Source: Paracoccus suum
GTDB taxonomy: Bacteria; Pseudomonadota; Alphaproteobacteria; Rhodobacterales; Rhodobacteraceae
NCBI RefSeq assembly: GCF_003324675.1
Contig: NZ_CP030918.1
Span: 2,370,001 to 2,402,000 of the forward strand
DNA length: 32,000 nt
Direction of reading: 5' to 3'
The notes beneath the pieces were generated by a model that saw only the letters and a list, made by a program, of their open reading frames with translations, did not search any database and was not told the DNA's origin. Below are positions 17,151-24,731 of this stretch, piece after piece (position 1 is the stretch's first letter; every line of letters starts with the position of its first letter). Position numbers and translations under genes: made by a program.

Positions 17151-17825
17151 TGGAATGATCCATTTGTTCGTTGATCTTCGCCACCATCACCGCCTCGATC
17201 ACGGGCAGCAGTTCCGCCATGGCGAGCGGCGGCACGCCGAGCGCGTCACCGAGTGCCAGCGCCGCCGACATGTCCCAGCCGATCACCGCGCCGGGGAGCA
17301 CGCGGAGCTGGCCGCCGAGACGGCCGACCAGGTCCCGGACCTGCCAACCCTCATGCGTGAGCGGCCGGTTCAGCCGCGCCGGGCAGTCCGGGCAGGCTTG
17401 CGCGCGGCCCTCGTAGGGTGCGCAGGCTTCGCAGTATCGCTCGCCCCCGCCGAAGGACCACTCGGCGAGAGCGCGGAGGCGTTTTTTTCCTGTTCCAGCA
17501 GCAGGCCCTTGGAGACATAGGTCAACTGGAACGCCTCGAAGATCGGCCAGACATCGAGGAGCGCATCGATGGCCTCGGGGCTCGGGTCGATAGACTGGCC
17601 GTCGGCATCGCCGATGCCCTCCCAGGCGAGCACCGCCCGGCGCGCCAGTGCCTTGGCGAAGGCGACGGCGCGCTCCTCGTCAGATGCCTCCTCCGGCACG
17701 GTCTCGACGACCGGGTCGCTGCGTGTCGCCACCATCAGCGCTGTGGTCAGCGGGCGCAGCTGCACCCGGACGCCGGGGACGAGATCGTGCCAGCGTGGGG
17801 CGTTGGTCAGGTCGAGCGTCAGCAT
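17143..17825 (-). CDS. tail assembly chaperone -1 frameshift fusion (gpGT analogue), predicted
   Basis: A -1 slip at A_AAA_AAC (17487..17481) opens a stop-free 112-codon frame. It ends at TGA 17145..17143, overlapping the tape-measure GTG (17150). Checked codon by codon. Confidence 0.65.
17370..17825 (-). CDS. tail assembly chaperone (gpG analogue, zero-frame product)
   Basis: Start MLTLDLTNAPRW overlaps the tail-tube stop (TGATG). Acidic protein between the tube and tape-measure genes. Contains the slippery heptamer. Confidence 0.75.
   Translation of the reverse strand: MLTLDLTNAPRWHDLVPGVRVQLRPLTTALMVATRSDPVVETVPEEASDEERAVAFAKALARRAVLAWEGIGDADGQSIDPSPEAIDALLDVWPIFEAFQLTYVSKGLLLEQEKNASALSPSGPSAGASDTAKPAHPTRAARKPARTARRG
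17481..17487 (-). other. programmed -1 ribosomal frameshift heptamer A_AAA_AAC
   Basis: Zero-frame codons are GAA AAA AAC (E K N), so the X_XXY_YYZ phasing is correct. Plus strand reads gtttttttcc. Confidence 0.65.
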
Positions 17826-18763
17826 CAGTACGTCTCCACGTCGTTCACGAGGGTGGCGGTACACATCCGGCCGACGACGCTGTCGCGGGCGGCCTGCCAA
17901 TCGAAGGTCGCCTGCACGCCCTGCGGCCCGGAAATCTCGATCCGCGGGCGCGGCAGGTAGACGGCGTGGACGGTGAAGGTGAAGCTCTCGCCGGAGGGCA
18001 GCGCGTAGCCGAACTCGAGCTTGCACGGATCGCCGTTGATCGCCTGCGTCACCAATGTGCTGTCGGCGAAGCGGACCTCGATGGACCCGGTGAGCGCGGC
18101 GATGGACGGGTCCGCGCCGTCGATGCGGCCATCGTTCCGGATGGTCTCGATCCGGTCGAGGTTATTGGCGTAGGTGATGTCGGCCGAAATCACGTTGCCG
18201 AGGGCCGATCCATTCCGGGTGATCGATCCGTTGAAATGGCCGAACCTCTTCAGCTCCAGCGCGGCGGGTGTGCCGGCGCTAGAACTCGTGCCCACCGTCT
18301 CGCCCTGCGCGACCAGCCGTGCCGTTGCAGTCAACAGGCCCGAGCGCTGCATCTGCCAGGTCATTTGGTCGAGCACGCAGCCAGAATACATGGCAAAGCG
18401 CGGCACTTCGGGCATGCCGGTCTCGATGGACATGCTGGGCAGTGTCCACGCCCCCGACTGGAACTCGTGAGTCCAGGGGCCGGTGCCGGTGGTGGTTGGT
18501 GCGCCAAAGGCCGCCTTCAGCCAGAAGCCAAAGGCCTCCGCGTCGAGCGGCACGACGACATCGCCGTCGGCCGTCACCGCGTCCTTGATCGGCGCCAGCG
18601 GATCGCGGCCGTAGCCCAATAACTCCGAGTTCAGCAGCGGCTGTTCCGCGCCCAGCGAGGTGCTGGCGAAGGGCATCTTCGTGAAACCGCCGACAGGCGG
18701 CGTGCCATAGGTCGTCTCGAACGCAAGCGCCATCTGCGCCCGCGCCCCTTGGGCTCTTGCCAT
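17825..18763 (-). CDS. major tail (tube) protein
   Basis: 312 aa with AGGAG 6 nt upstream. Beta-rich. Position upstream of the chaperone and tape measure. Resembles Rhodobacterales phage tail tube proteins. Confidence 0.75.
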   Translation of the reverse strand: MARAQGARAQMALAFETTYGTPPVGGFTKMPFASTSLGAEQPLLNSELLGYGRDPLAPIKDAVTADGDVVVPLDAEAFGFWLKAAFGAPTTTGTGPWTHEFQSGAWTLPSMSIETGMPEVPRFAMYSGCVLDQMTWQMQRSGLLTATARLVAQGETVGTSSSAGTPAALELKRFGHFNGSITRNGSALGNVISADITYANNLDRIETIRNDGRIDGADPSIAALTGSIEVRFADSTLVTQAINGDPCKLEFGYALPSGESFTFTVHAVYLPRPRIEISGPQGVQATFDWQAARDSVVGRMCTATLVNDVETY

Positions 18764-18810
18764 CGTGTTCTCCTTGATGGTGTCGAAGCACGGTTGCGTT
18801 CGGTCAGGCC

Positions 18811-19272
18811 GTGCCGCACATAAAGTTCATGCGCAGTACTCGTCCCAACTCCCTGCTCAGTGTTTTCGGTCGGTCGATCATCACCAGTATGATCGTTTCT
18901 CTCGCGATCGTGGTTCTTTCGGTTGGCCCCGTCTTGGGACAGACGAATACCGTGAGCGGCGCGGTGCGCTACGTGACGGACGGCGACACCTTCTCACTTC
19001 GCGGCGTTGAACGGCCAATCCGTGTCTGGGGCCTCGACGCTCCGGAGCGCAACGAGCGCGGCGCTTCCGCAGCGACGTCTACTCTGCGGCGGCTGGTCGC
19101 CGGACAAAGCCTGACCTGTCGCGTGCACGATGTCGACCGGTACGGACGGATCGTCGGGCAGTGCTTCCTCGCCGATGGCCGCGATGTCGCGGCCCAGATG
19201 ATCGCTGCCGGAGTGGCCCGTGAATACTGCTACTTCTCGGGCGGCTACTACGGAACCTGTCGCGGCAACTGA
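18811..19272 (+). CDS. secreted thermonuclease (staphylococcal nuclease/SNase homologue)
   Basis: TDGDTF, WGLDAPE and DRYGRIVG motifs match SNase Ca/catalytic residues. N-terminal signal or anchor (IVSLAIVVLSVGPVLG-QT). Start uncertain (GTG 18811, ATG 18829, ATG 18889). Opposite strand to the phage operon and lower GC. Confidence 0.8.
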   Translation: MPHIKFMRSTRPNSLLSVFGRSIITSMIVSLAIVVLSVGPVLGQTNTVSGAVRYVTDGDTFSLRGVERPIRVWGLDAPERNERGASAATSTLRRLVAGQSLTCRVHDVDRYGRIVGQCFLADGRDVAAQMIAAGVAREYCYFSGGYYGTCRGN

Positions 19273-19281
19273 CCGTCGGCT

Positions 19282-19701
19282 CTACCCAAGCGGGTCGGCC
19301 GTGGAAAAGTGAAGCATAACGGGGATCACCGCCGCCTTGAGGCTCGCGGCACCCTCGACTGGCAGGTCCACTACCCGCGGCGCTTCAGCCTCGACCCAGT
19401 CGCAGAGCCCGCCCAGCGTCCGGTCGGCGGCGAGTGCTGCACCGAGGCCGGCTACCAGCGTGTCTAAGGCAGCGTCACGGTCAGAACCCTGAACGACCGC
19501 CTCGATTTCGGCGCGGTGCTGGTAGTGATACCGCAGGGGCGACAACGTCACCTCCGGCTCCCCCGGCTCGCCGTCGCGCAAGATCATCAGGCCATCGGCC
19601 GGCACGCGCTCGGGCAGCACCTCGCCTCGAAGCGCGGTGGCGGGCAGTACCGAGAGTCGCGCGTGCAGCGCGGCGAGGATGGTTTCGCGCGGTGTGGGCA
19701 T
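19282..19701 (-). CDS. tail terminator / tail completion protein (DUF3168-like), tentative
   Basis: 139 aa, high GC, minus strand, between the neck genes and the tube gene. Sequence style matches small siphovirus neck/terminator proteins. Confidence 0.5.
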   Translation of the reverse strand: MPTPRETILAALHARLSVLPATALRGEVLPERVPADGLMILRDGEPGEPEVTLSPLRYHYQHRAEIEAVVQGSDRDAALDTLVAGLGAALAADRTLGGLCDWVEAEAPRVVDLPVEGAASLKAAVIPVMLHFSTADPLG

Positions 19702-19737
19702 GTGGTATTCGAACCCTGTTCCAGAGTAGGTTGAGGC

Positions 19738-20640
19738 TTGAAATATTTGAAGTTTGGCGAACTCCCGAAGTTTAATTCCACCACGGTGAAGGCTGCCTCA
19801 GAAAAGATTTCTGCGGCGATCAAGCTCGCTGAGCCTCATGCCGACCGCGCTCTTGATTGGGGACGAAGGCAGCAAGAGAGGGCGAGTTCGCACTTGCCGA
19901 ACGCCAGCGCGATTGAAGCATGGGCGCGGAAAAACGCAGAGCGCTATGACTGGCGCCCGAGGCCGGTATCGATCTCCTTGGAACATCTCGAGGAAACGCT
20001 CACGCAGATCGTATCAGCAATCCGCCAGACATCCGACCGAAGATCTCGGCTTTTCGTCAACGCGGTCATCGGCAAACTTGGCGGTGTTTTAACCGTGGGC
20101 GGGATCTCAGGCCTTGTCACCACGTTTGGCGCAGCATCAACTGGCGCGGCCTTAGCTACCCTGCATGGTGCCGCCGCAACGTCGGCGCTGCATTTCTGGA
20201 TAGGTTCTCTGGTCGGCGTTGGGGCCGTAGGCGGCAGCCTCATGTTGGTGGCAGGCGGTGTGGGCGCCGGAATTGCCGCAGGTTTTTGGGGCAAACGGAA
20301 GCTCTTTGGCAAGGCGCGTTCCGAAGTCGACTTGCAGGAGCATGAGAAGGCTATCCTTGTAGCATGCGTAACGCTGATCAACGCGACAAAGCAGCAACGA
20401 CAACTGAGCCAGACAGCCTCATCTGCAGAGATGCGGCTTGTCGCAGAACAAGTGCTCATTCCGCTGGCGAACCAGATCAACCAGCACTGGGATGATGCTT
20501 CCCTCAAAGAGAACGGAAAGTCCGAATGCGAACCATTCACGCGAAGACTGGCCTACCTGCAACGGCGCAAGCTCGATCAGTGCAGGGCCGAACTGGGCCG
20601 GATCGCGCTGGCAGCGATGGAGAAGGACGCGGCGGCCTGA
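19738..20640 (+). CDS. hypothetical membrane protein with central glycine-zipper hydrophobic core (cassette protein A)
   Basis: Maximal ORF of 300 codons. Only non-ATG starts are available (TTG 19738; TTG 19747 with GAGG 9 nt upstream; GTG 19786; TTG 19894). About 90 aa are Gly/Ala-rich and TM-like, flanked by helical charged regions. Lower GC. Confidence 0.55.
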   Translation: MKYLKFGELPKFNSTTVKAASEKISAAIKLAEPHADRALDWGRRQQERASSHLPNASAIEAWARKNAERYDWRPRPVSISLEHLEETLTQIVSAIRQTSDRRSRLFVNAVIGKLGGVLTVGGISGLVTTFGAASTGAALATLHGAAATSALHFWIGSLVGVGAVGGSLMLVAGGVGAGIAAGFWGKRKLFGKARSEVDLQEHEKAILVACVTLINATKQQRQLSQTASSAEMRLVAEQVLIPLANQINQHWDDASLKENGKSECEPFTRRLAYLQRRKLDQCRAELGRIALAAMEKDAAA

Positions 20641-20711
20641 CCCGAAGCGCTGCGGTCGTCGTTGCTGTCACCCTGCAGCGCCTGCTCGATGAACCCACTC
20701 GCTCCTGGTCG

Positions 20712-21350
20712 ATGGAAGAGGAACTTGTTCTCGATGCCGTAAGGCGGTCGGCGACGAACCTGAACGGTGCCACGACAGAGGAACTGGCCGCTTACATCTC
20801 TGAGCTCAATCCCGAACAGCTTCGAGGCGTCGTGTCCAACGTGAAGGGCATCTACCACGAGTTGCTTTTCGTCCATGCTGAAAACATCGACGCAGATGAC
20901 GTTGCCGCGCGGGTATTCGAGGCGACCAACCATCCCGGCGCAGATGTGGAGTTCATTGTTGACGGTGATGTCATCCATGCCGTTCAGCTAAAGGCAGTCG
21001 CCTCGCCAGCCGCGATCTTTGAGCATCTTGCCCGCTATCCGGACATCGAAATTGTCGCGACGGAAGAAGTGGCGGCTGTCGTTTCCGCTGCAAGTGGTTC
21101 AGGTTTCTCGAATGCGGCGATATCTGGCGATGTTTCACGCGTGTTCACCGAACTGCCGGGAGACAGTATGGCGGTCGAAATCGCAGAAGGTGCTGCAGCC
21201 TCCGCTCTGTTGGCGGGAGCCATCTCTGCGGCTCAGGTTCTGCGATCCGGCAAGGTTTCCCGGCAGCAGTTTGCGACGGCGTTTGGCGACGTTTCCGTAG
21301 GCGTCATAACGGCGACAGCATTGGACGTTCTCCTCGACGGACTGGCCTGA
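20712..21350 (+). CDS. hypothetical protein with Mrr/PD-(D/E)xK-like core and Ala/Gly-rich amphipathic C-terminus (cassette protein B)
   Basis: First ATG after the stop of A. E50 (YHELLF), D78 (HPGADVEF) and Q92-x-K94 (HAVQLKA) are spaced as in Mrr-type nucleases. The stop is 2 nt from the convergent phage gene stop. Confidence 0.5.
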   Translation: MEEELVLDAVRRSATNLNGATTEELAAYISELNPEQLRGVVSNVKGIYHELLFVHAENIDADDVAARVFEATNHPGADVEFIVDGDVIHAVQLKAVASPAAIFEHLARYPDIEIVATEEVAAVVSAASGSGFSNAAISGDVSRVFTELPGDSMAVEIAEGAAASALLAGAISAAQVLRSGKVSRQQFATAFGDVSVGVITATALDVLLDGLA

Positions 21351-21352
21351 TT

Positions 21353-21979
21353 TCAACGCCCCTCCACCCAGTTCGCCACGATCAGCCCCGGCACGCTGTC
21401 CAAAGCCCGGTCCGCGTCCCGCGCCAGATCCAGCCGCTTCGGCAGCTTGACCTGCGGCACCAGCAGGAAGATCGGCACCGTCGTGCGTCCGCGACCGGTC
21501 TTCGAGCGTGACGCAACCCCAAGCCCGCGGCTGTTCAGCCGGCCTTCGGCCACCAGCAGGCTCGGACCGAGCCGGCGGTAGACGAAGCGGAGACGCAACC
21601 CACGGCGGCGTTCCCATTCGCCGGGGGTGATCTTGGCGCCGCGCAGACCACGGCCGGCGGCCTCGGTCGGGATCGCGAGCCAGAACCCGTCTTTCGAGCG
21701 GATCAGCGGGCCGGTGTCGTGGGCCCCGACGACGACCGGGGCCTTGGACCAGACCAGCGCCGCGGCGTTAAGGCTCTCGCCGGCCTTCGGGTAGGTCTGG
21801 CTCCGGATCGAGTTGGCGAGCCGTCGGCCGAGCCCCGCACCAGTGATCTGCCCGCGCCAGGCGGTCTTGAGCCCGGTCCCGGCTTCGCGCATGGCAACTG
21901 TGACGGCCTTCTCGCCGGCCTTCACCTCGGCGGCCATGGCGGCGACGAGATCGGGGGTGATGTCGAGCTTCAGCTTCAT
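21353..21979 (-). CDS. phage neck/head-completion protein (HK97 gp10-like / DUF6441-like), tentative
   Basis: Start MKLKLDITPDL at 21979. The 455-aa ORF upstream part is shadow. Position follows the head-tail joining gene. Confidence 0.55.
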   Translation of the reverse strand: MKLKLDITPDLVAAMAAEVKAGEKAVTVAMREAGTGLKTAWRGQITGAGLGRRLANSIRSQTYPKAGESLNAAALVWSKAPVVVGAHDTGPLIRSKDGFWLAIPTEAAGRGLRGAKITPGEWERRRGLRLRFVYRRLGPSLLVAEGRLNSRGLGVASRSKTGRGRTTVPIFLLVPQVKLPKRLDLARDADRALDSVPGLIVANWVEGR

Positions 21980-21984
21980 CGCTG

Positions 21985-22296
21985 TCAGGCCGGGCGCAGG
22001 TCCACGGTCCAGACGAGCCGCTCGCGGTCGCGGACGGGTTCGCCCTGGATGAGGAAAGCCTCGCCGTCGATCTCGATGCGGTCGCCGGGACGGGGCTGGG
22101 GCACCTCGGCGAGGCGCAGATCCAGCCGGGTGGTCTCCGACCAGATGCGCGCGTCGCCGAAGTGCGTGACGTCGTCGGGCCGGCGCAGGATCGCGCGGAC
22201 CAGCGCGGGTGCGCCGCCCTCGGCGGTGTAGACGACGTCGCGCGCGAGATGCGCATCGGCGAAGAGCGCGTCGAGGGCGGCGGCGAAGGCGGTCAT
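21985..22296 (-). CDS. head-tail joining protein
   Basis: Start MTAFAAALDALF overlaps the capsid stop (TGATG). About 103 aa. C-terminal GDRIEIDGEAFLIQGEP..D...LVWTVDL pattern as in phage head-tail joining proteins. Confidence 0.65.
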   Translation of the reverse strand: MTAFAAALDALFADAHLARDVVYTAEGGAPALVRAILRRPDDVTHFGDARIWSETTRLDLRLAEVPQPRPGDRIEIDGEAFLIQGEPVRDRERLVWTVDLRPA

Positions 22297-23309
22297 CAGG
22301 TCCGCCTTGCCGAGCGCAGAACCTGCGGCCGGGTGCAGATCGGCAGCGGGTTGCTCTCGATCTCGAGCCGCACCCACTCGTCGCGATCCCGGTCGGGGAT
22401 CGTGCGTGCGTAGAGCGGCTGGCCGAGCGTGTTGACGGTCTCGAAGGTGTCAGCCGGGGCGTAGTAGATCTCGAAGAGCCCCTCGATGCCCTCGGGATAG
22501 AAGAACGCCTTGTCGGTCGGGACGGTGAAGCCCACCCCGCCCCGATAACGGCGGAAGGTGATGCCGCCGAAGCTGACCTCGTCGGCCACCCGGCCGCGCA
22601 GGTCGGCCGCGGCAGCGGTGTTGAGGTAGGTCTCCCGCACCTCCTTGTGCGCCACGAGATCGGCGAAGAAGGCCGAGCCGCATTCGGCGCGCACCTGCAC
22701 GGCGCCGGCCGAAAGCCCACCCATCGAGTCCTCCACGCTCTCGATCAGCGCCTGGCAGCGCTTGCGGAGCGCCCCCGAGGCCGGGCTTGCGTTGTCGAGG
22801 TCGAAGTCGATCTCGGCCGCCGGAGAGATGCCGAACTCGGTGAAGTAGTTCACCACCGTGGCGTGGTCCTTCGGGTCTTTCACCAGCCCCTGGATGCCAT
22901 TCAACAGGTGGTACTCGAAGGTCGTCTCGGCGTCCTGGCGGAGTTTGCGAAGCCGATACGCGACCTCGGTCTGCACCTGCTGGGTCGCGCTCTCCGAGCC
23001 GAAGTCGCGCACCGATTGGATCTCGGAGGCCCAGAGCACGTCCTGCTTCTTGAACTGTCGGCAGACGAAGGCGCGCATCTCGCGCCGGTCGGGCACCTGC
23101 TGCTCGTAGGCCGAGCCGCGCTCCGAGAACGGGATCAGCGAGAGCGTGCCGTCCCGGCTCTCGATCACGACGGTGCGGGAACGCACGCCGCGCGGGCTGA
23201 AGAGGTTCGAGCCCGAGAGCAACGCGGGCTTGTAGGGGATGTTCTCGAGAGCGCGGGTGAGCTCGACGATGGTGAAGGCATCGCCTTCGAAGATGTCCAT
23301 GGTGGCCAT
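22296..23309 (-). CDS. major capsid protein, lambda gpE family
   Basis: Start MATMDIFEGDAFT with GGAGG RBS. 337 aa. Follows the decoration gene as in lambda D-E. Confidence 0.88.
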   Translation of the reverse strand: MATMDIFEGDAFTIVELTRALENIPYKPALLSGSNLFSPRGVRSRTVVIESRDGTLSLIPFSERGSAYEQQVPDRREMRAFVCRQFKKQDVLWASEIQSVRDFGSESATQQVQTEVAYRLRKLRQDAETTFEYHLLNGIQGLVKDPKDHATVVNYFTEFGISPAAEIDFDLDNASPASGALRKRCQALIESVEDSMGGLSAGAVQVRAECGSAFFADLVAHKEVRETYLNTAAAADLRGRVADEVSFGGITFRRYRGGVGFTVPTDKAFFYPEGIEGLFEIYYAPADTFETVNTLGQPLYARTIPDRDRDEWVRLEIESNPLPICTRPQVLRSARRT

Positions 23310-23334
23310 GAGGATGCCTCCTGTCGGGATTGGG

Positions 23335-23700
23335 TCAGCGAACGAGGATGCCCGCGGCGAGCAGCGCCGTATGGGCGGCCGCGATCTCCCCCTCGCTGGG
23401 CGTACCCGCGAAGACGAGGTCGTGGCGGTTGACGATGGCGGGACCGCGGAGGACCGCGACGGCCGGTGCGTCGCCACCGGACGCATCCGCCTTGCCCCAG
23501 AGCACGGCGACGGCGGTCTCGGTGCCGTCGACGGCCGCCGGGTCGTGTGCGGCGTACTTGTCCGACGCAGTGATCTTGCCGAGCACGGTGCCGGGCTCGA
23601 GGGTGCCCGCGGCGACGGTGATCGTCTCGCGGGTGTAGTCGCGGAAGGCTTCCCAGACGAGGAAGCCCCCGGGGTGCGTGCCTTCGACGAGCGTGGTCAT
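23335..23700 (-). CDS. head decoration protein (gpD-like)
   Basis: 121 aa. Lies between the protease and the gpE-type capsid gene. Sequence style matches gpD family proteins. Confidence 0.75.
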   Translation of the reverse strand: MTTLVEGTHPGGFLVWEAFRDYTRETITVAAGTLEPGTVLGKITASDKYAAHDPAAVDGTETAVAVLWGKADASGGDAPAVAVLRGPAIVNRHDLVFAGTPSEGEIAAAHTALLAAGILVR

Positions 23701-23704
23701 GGTG

Positions 23705-24727
23705 TCATCCTTTCAGCTTGAAGGTGCGGGCGACGATCTCGCCCCAGGGGCGCGCGGCCGAGGAGCGACCGGGCTGCGGGTGATGGGGCGCGATCTCGGG
23801 CTCGGCCTCGGCCTTGATAGCGAGGAGCGCGGCGCGCACCTCGTCGAGGCTGGTGTCCTGCTCGAGGAAGCGACCGGCCATCTGCGGCTGGCCCGCGAGA
23901 CGGCAGAGATCGACGACGGCCCGGGCATGCCCGATGGCCTGCGCGCGGATCGCGGCGGGATCGGGCGGCTCACCGGTCGGCCGCGGGGTTTCGGTGGGCG
24001 GCTCCGAGGTGTCGGGAACGGCCTGAGCGTCCTCGGCGTCCGCGACCTCGTCGCCTTCGGCGGCATCATCGGTATCCTCTTTCGCTTCGAACTCGGCGCC
24101 GTCGGCCGCGTCGTCTGTCTCCGGCTCAGCCTCGACCGTTTTGACCAGCACCGGCGGCGCATTGCGGAAGCGCCCGATGTCGAAGTTCGCGGCGATCCGG
24201 ACAGGCTCGATCAGCCGGTCGGCGAAGCCCTGCGCCACGGCGTCACTCGCGTCGAACCAGGTCTCGGCGGCCATCAGCGCGGAGACCTCCTCAGTCGTCC
24301 GGCCGGATTTCGCGGCGTAGCCCGAGACGAGGCTGCCCTTCACCTTGTCGAGCGCCTCGGCCATGGCGCGCATGTCCTCAGCCGTCCCCATCACGAGGCC
24401 GGCCGGGTCGTGGATCATCAGGAAGGCGTTCTCGGGCATGACGATCTCGTCGCCCGCCATGGCGATGTAGGACGCGGCCGAGGCGGCGATGCCGTCGATC
24501 CAGACCGTGACCGTGCCTTCGTGCCGCTTGATCGCATTGTGGATCGCGACGGCGTCGAACACCGAGCCGCCGGGGCTGTTCAGCCGCAGATCGACCGGCG
24601 TGCCCTCGGGCAGTGCGCCCAGTTCGGCCAGAAAACCCTTCGCCGAGTCCCCGTAGGCGCCGATCTCGTCATAGATCGCCACTTCCGCACCGGTCCCCCG
24701 GGCGCGGATCGCATACCAGCTTGCCAT
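23705..24727 (-). CDS. ClpP-like (S14) prohead protease with C-terminal scaffold-like acidic tail
   Basis: Start MASWYAIRA at 24727. LNSPGGSVFDAVAI, GIAASAASYIA (Ser) and LMIHDP (His) motifs. Acidic, Pro-rich C-terminal half. Confidence 0.85.
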   Translation of the reverse strand: MASWYAIRARGTGAEVAIYDEIGAYGDSAKGFLAELGALPEGTPVDLRLNSPGGSVFDAVAIHNAIKRHEGTVTVWIDGIAASAASYIAMAGDEIVMPENAFLMIHDPAGLVMGTAEDMRAMAEALDKVKGSLVSGYAAKSGRTTEEVSALMAAETWFDASDAVAQGFADRLIEPVRIAANFDIGRFRNAPPVLVKTVEAEPETDDAADGAEFEAKEDTDDAAEGDEVADAEDAQAVPDTSEPPTETPRPTGEPPDPAAIRAQAIGHARAVVDLCRLAGQPQMAGRFLEQDTSLDEVRAALLAIKAEAEPEIAPHHPQPGRSSAARPWGEIVARTFKLKG

Positions 24728-24731
24728 GTCG

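Noticed and set aside
19747-19776. Sigma70-like promoter TTGAAG-N18-TTTAAT inside the 5' end of cassette ORF A, which would imply a near-leaderless GTG start at 19786.
   Set aside because: It is a single weak match in an AT-richer stretch, and leaderless GTG initiation is unusual. It is kept only as a note on start-codon uncertainty.
20526-20711. Upstream extension of cassette protein B (ORF track start 20526), overlapping protein A by 115 nt.
   Set aside because: The extension is Arg/Gly-rich and lies inside the A coding frame. The first ATG after the A stop (20712) is preferred, although no strong RBS is visible, so the start remains uncertain.
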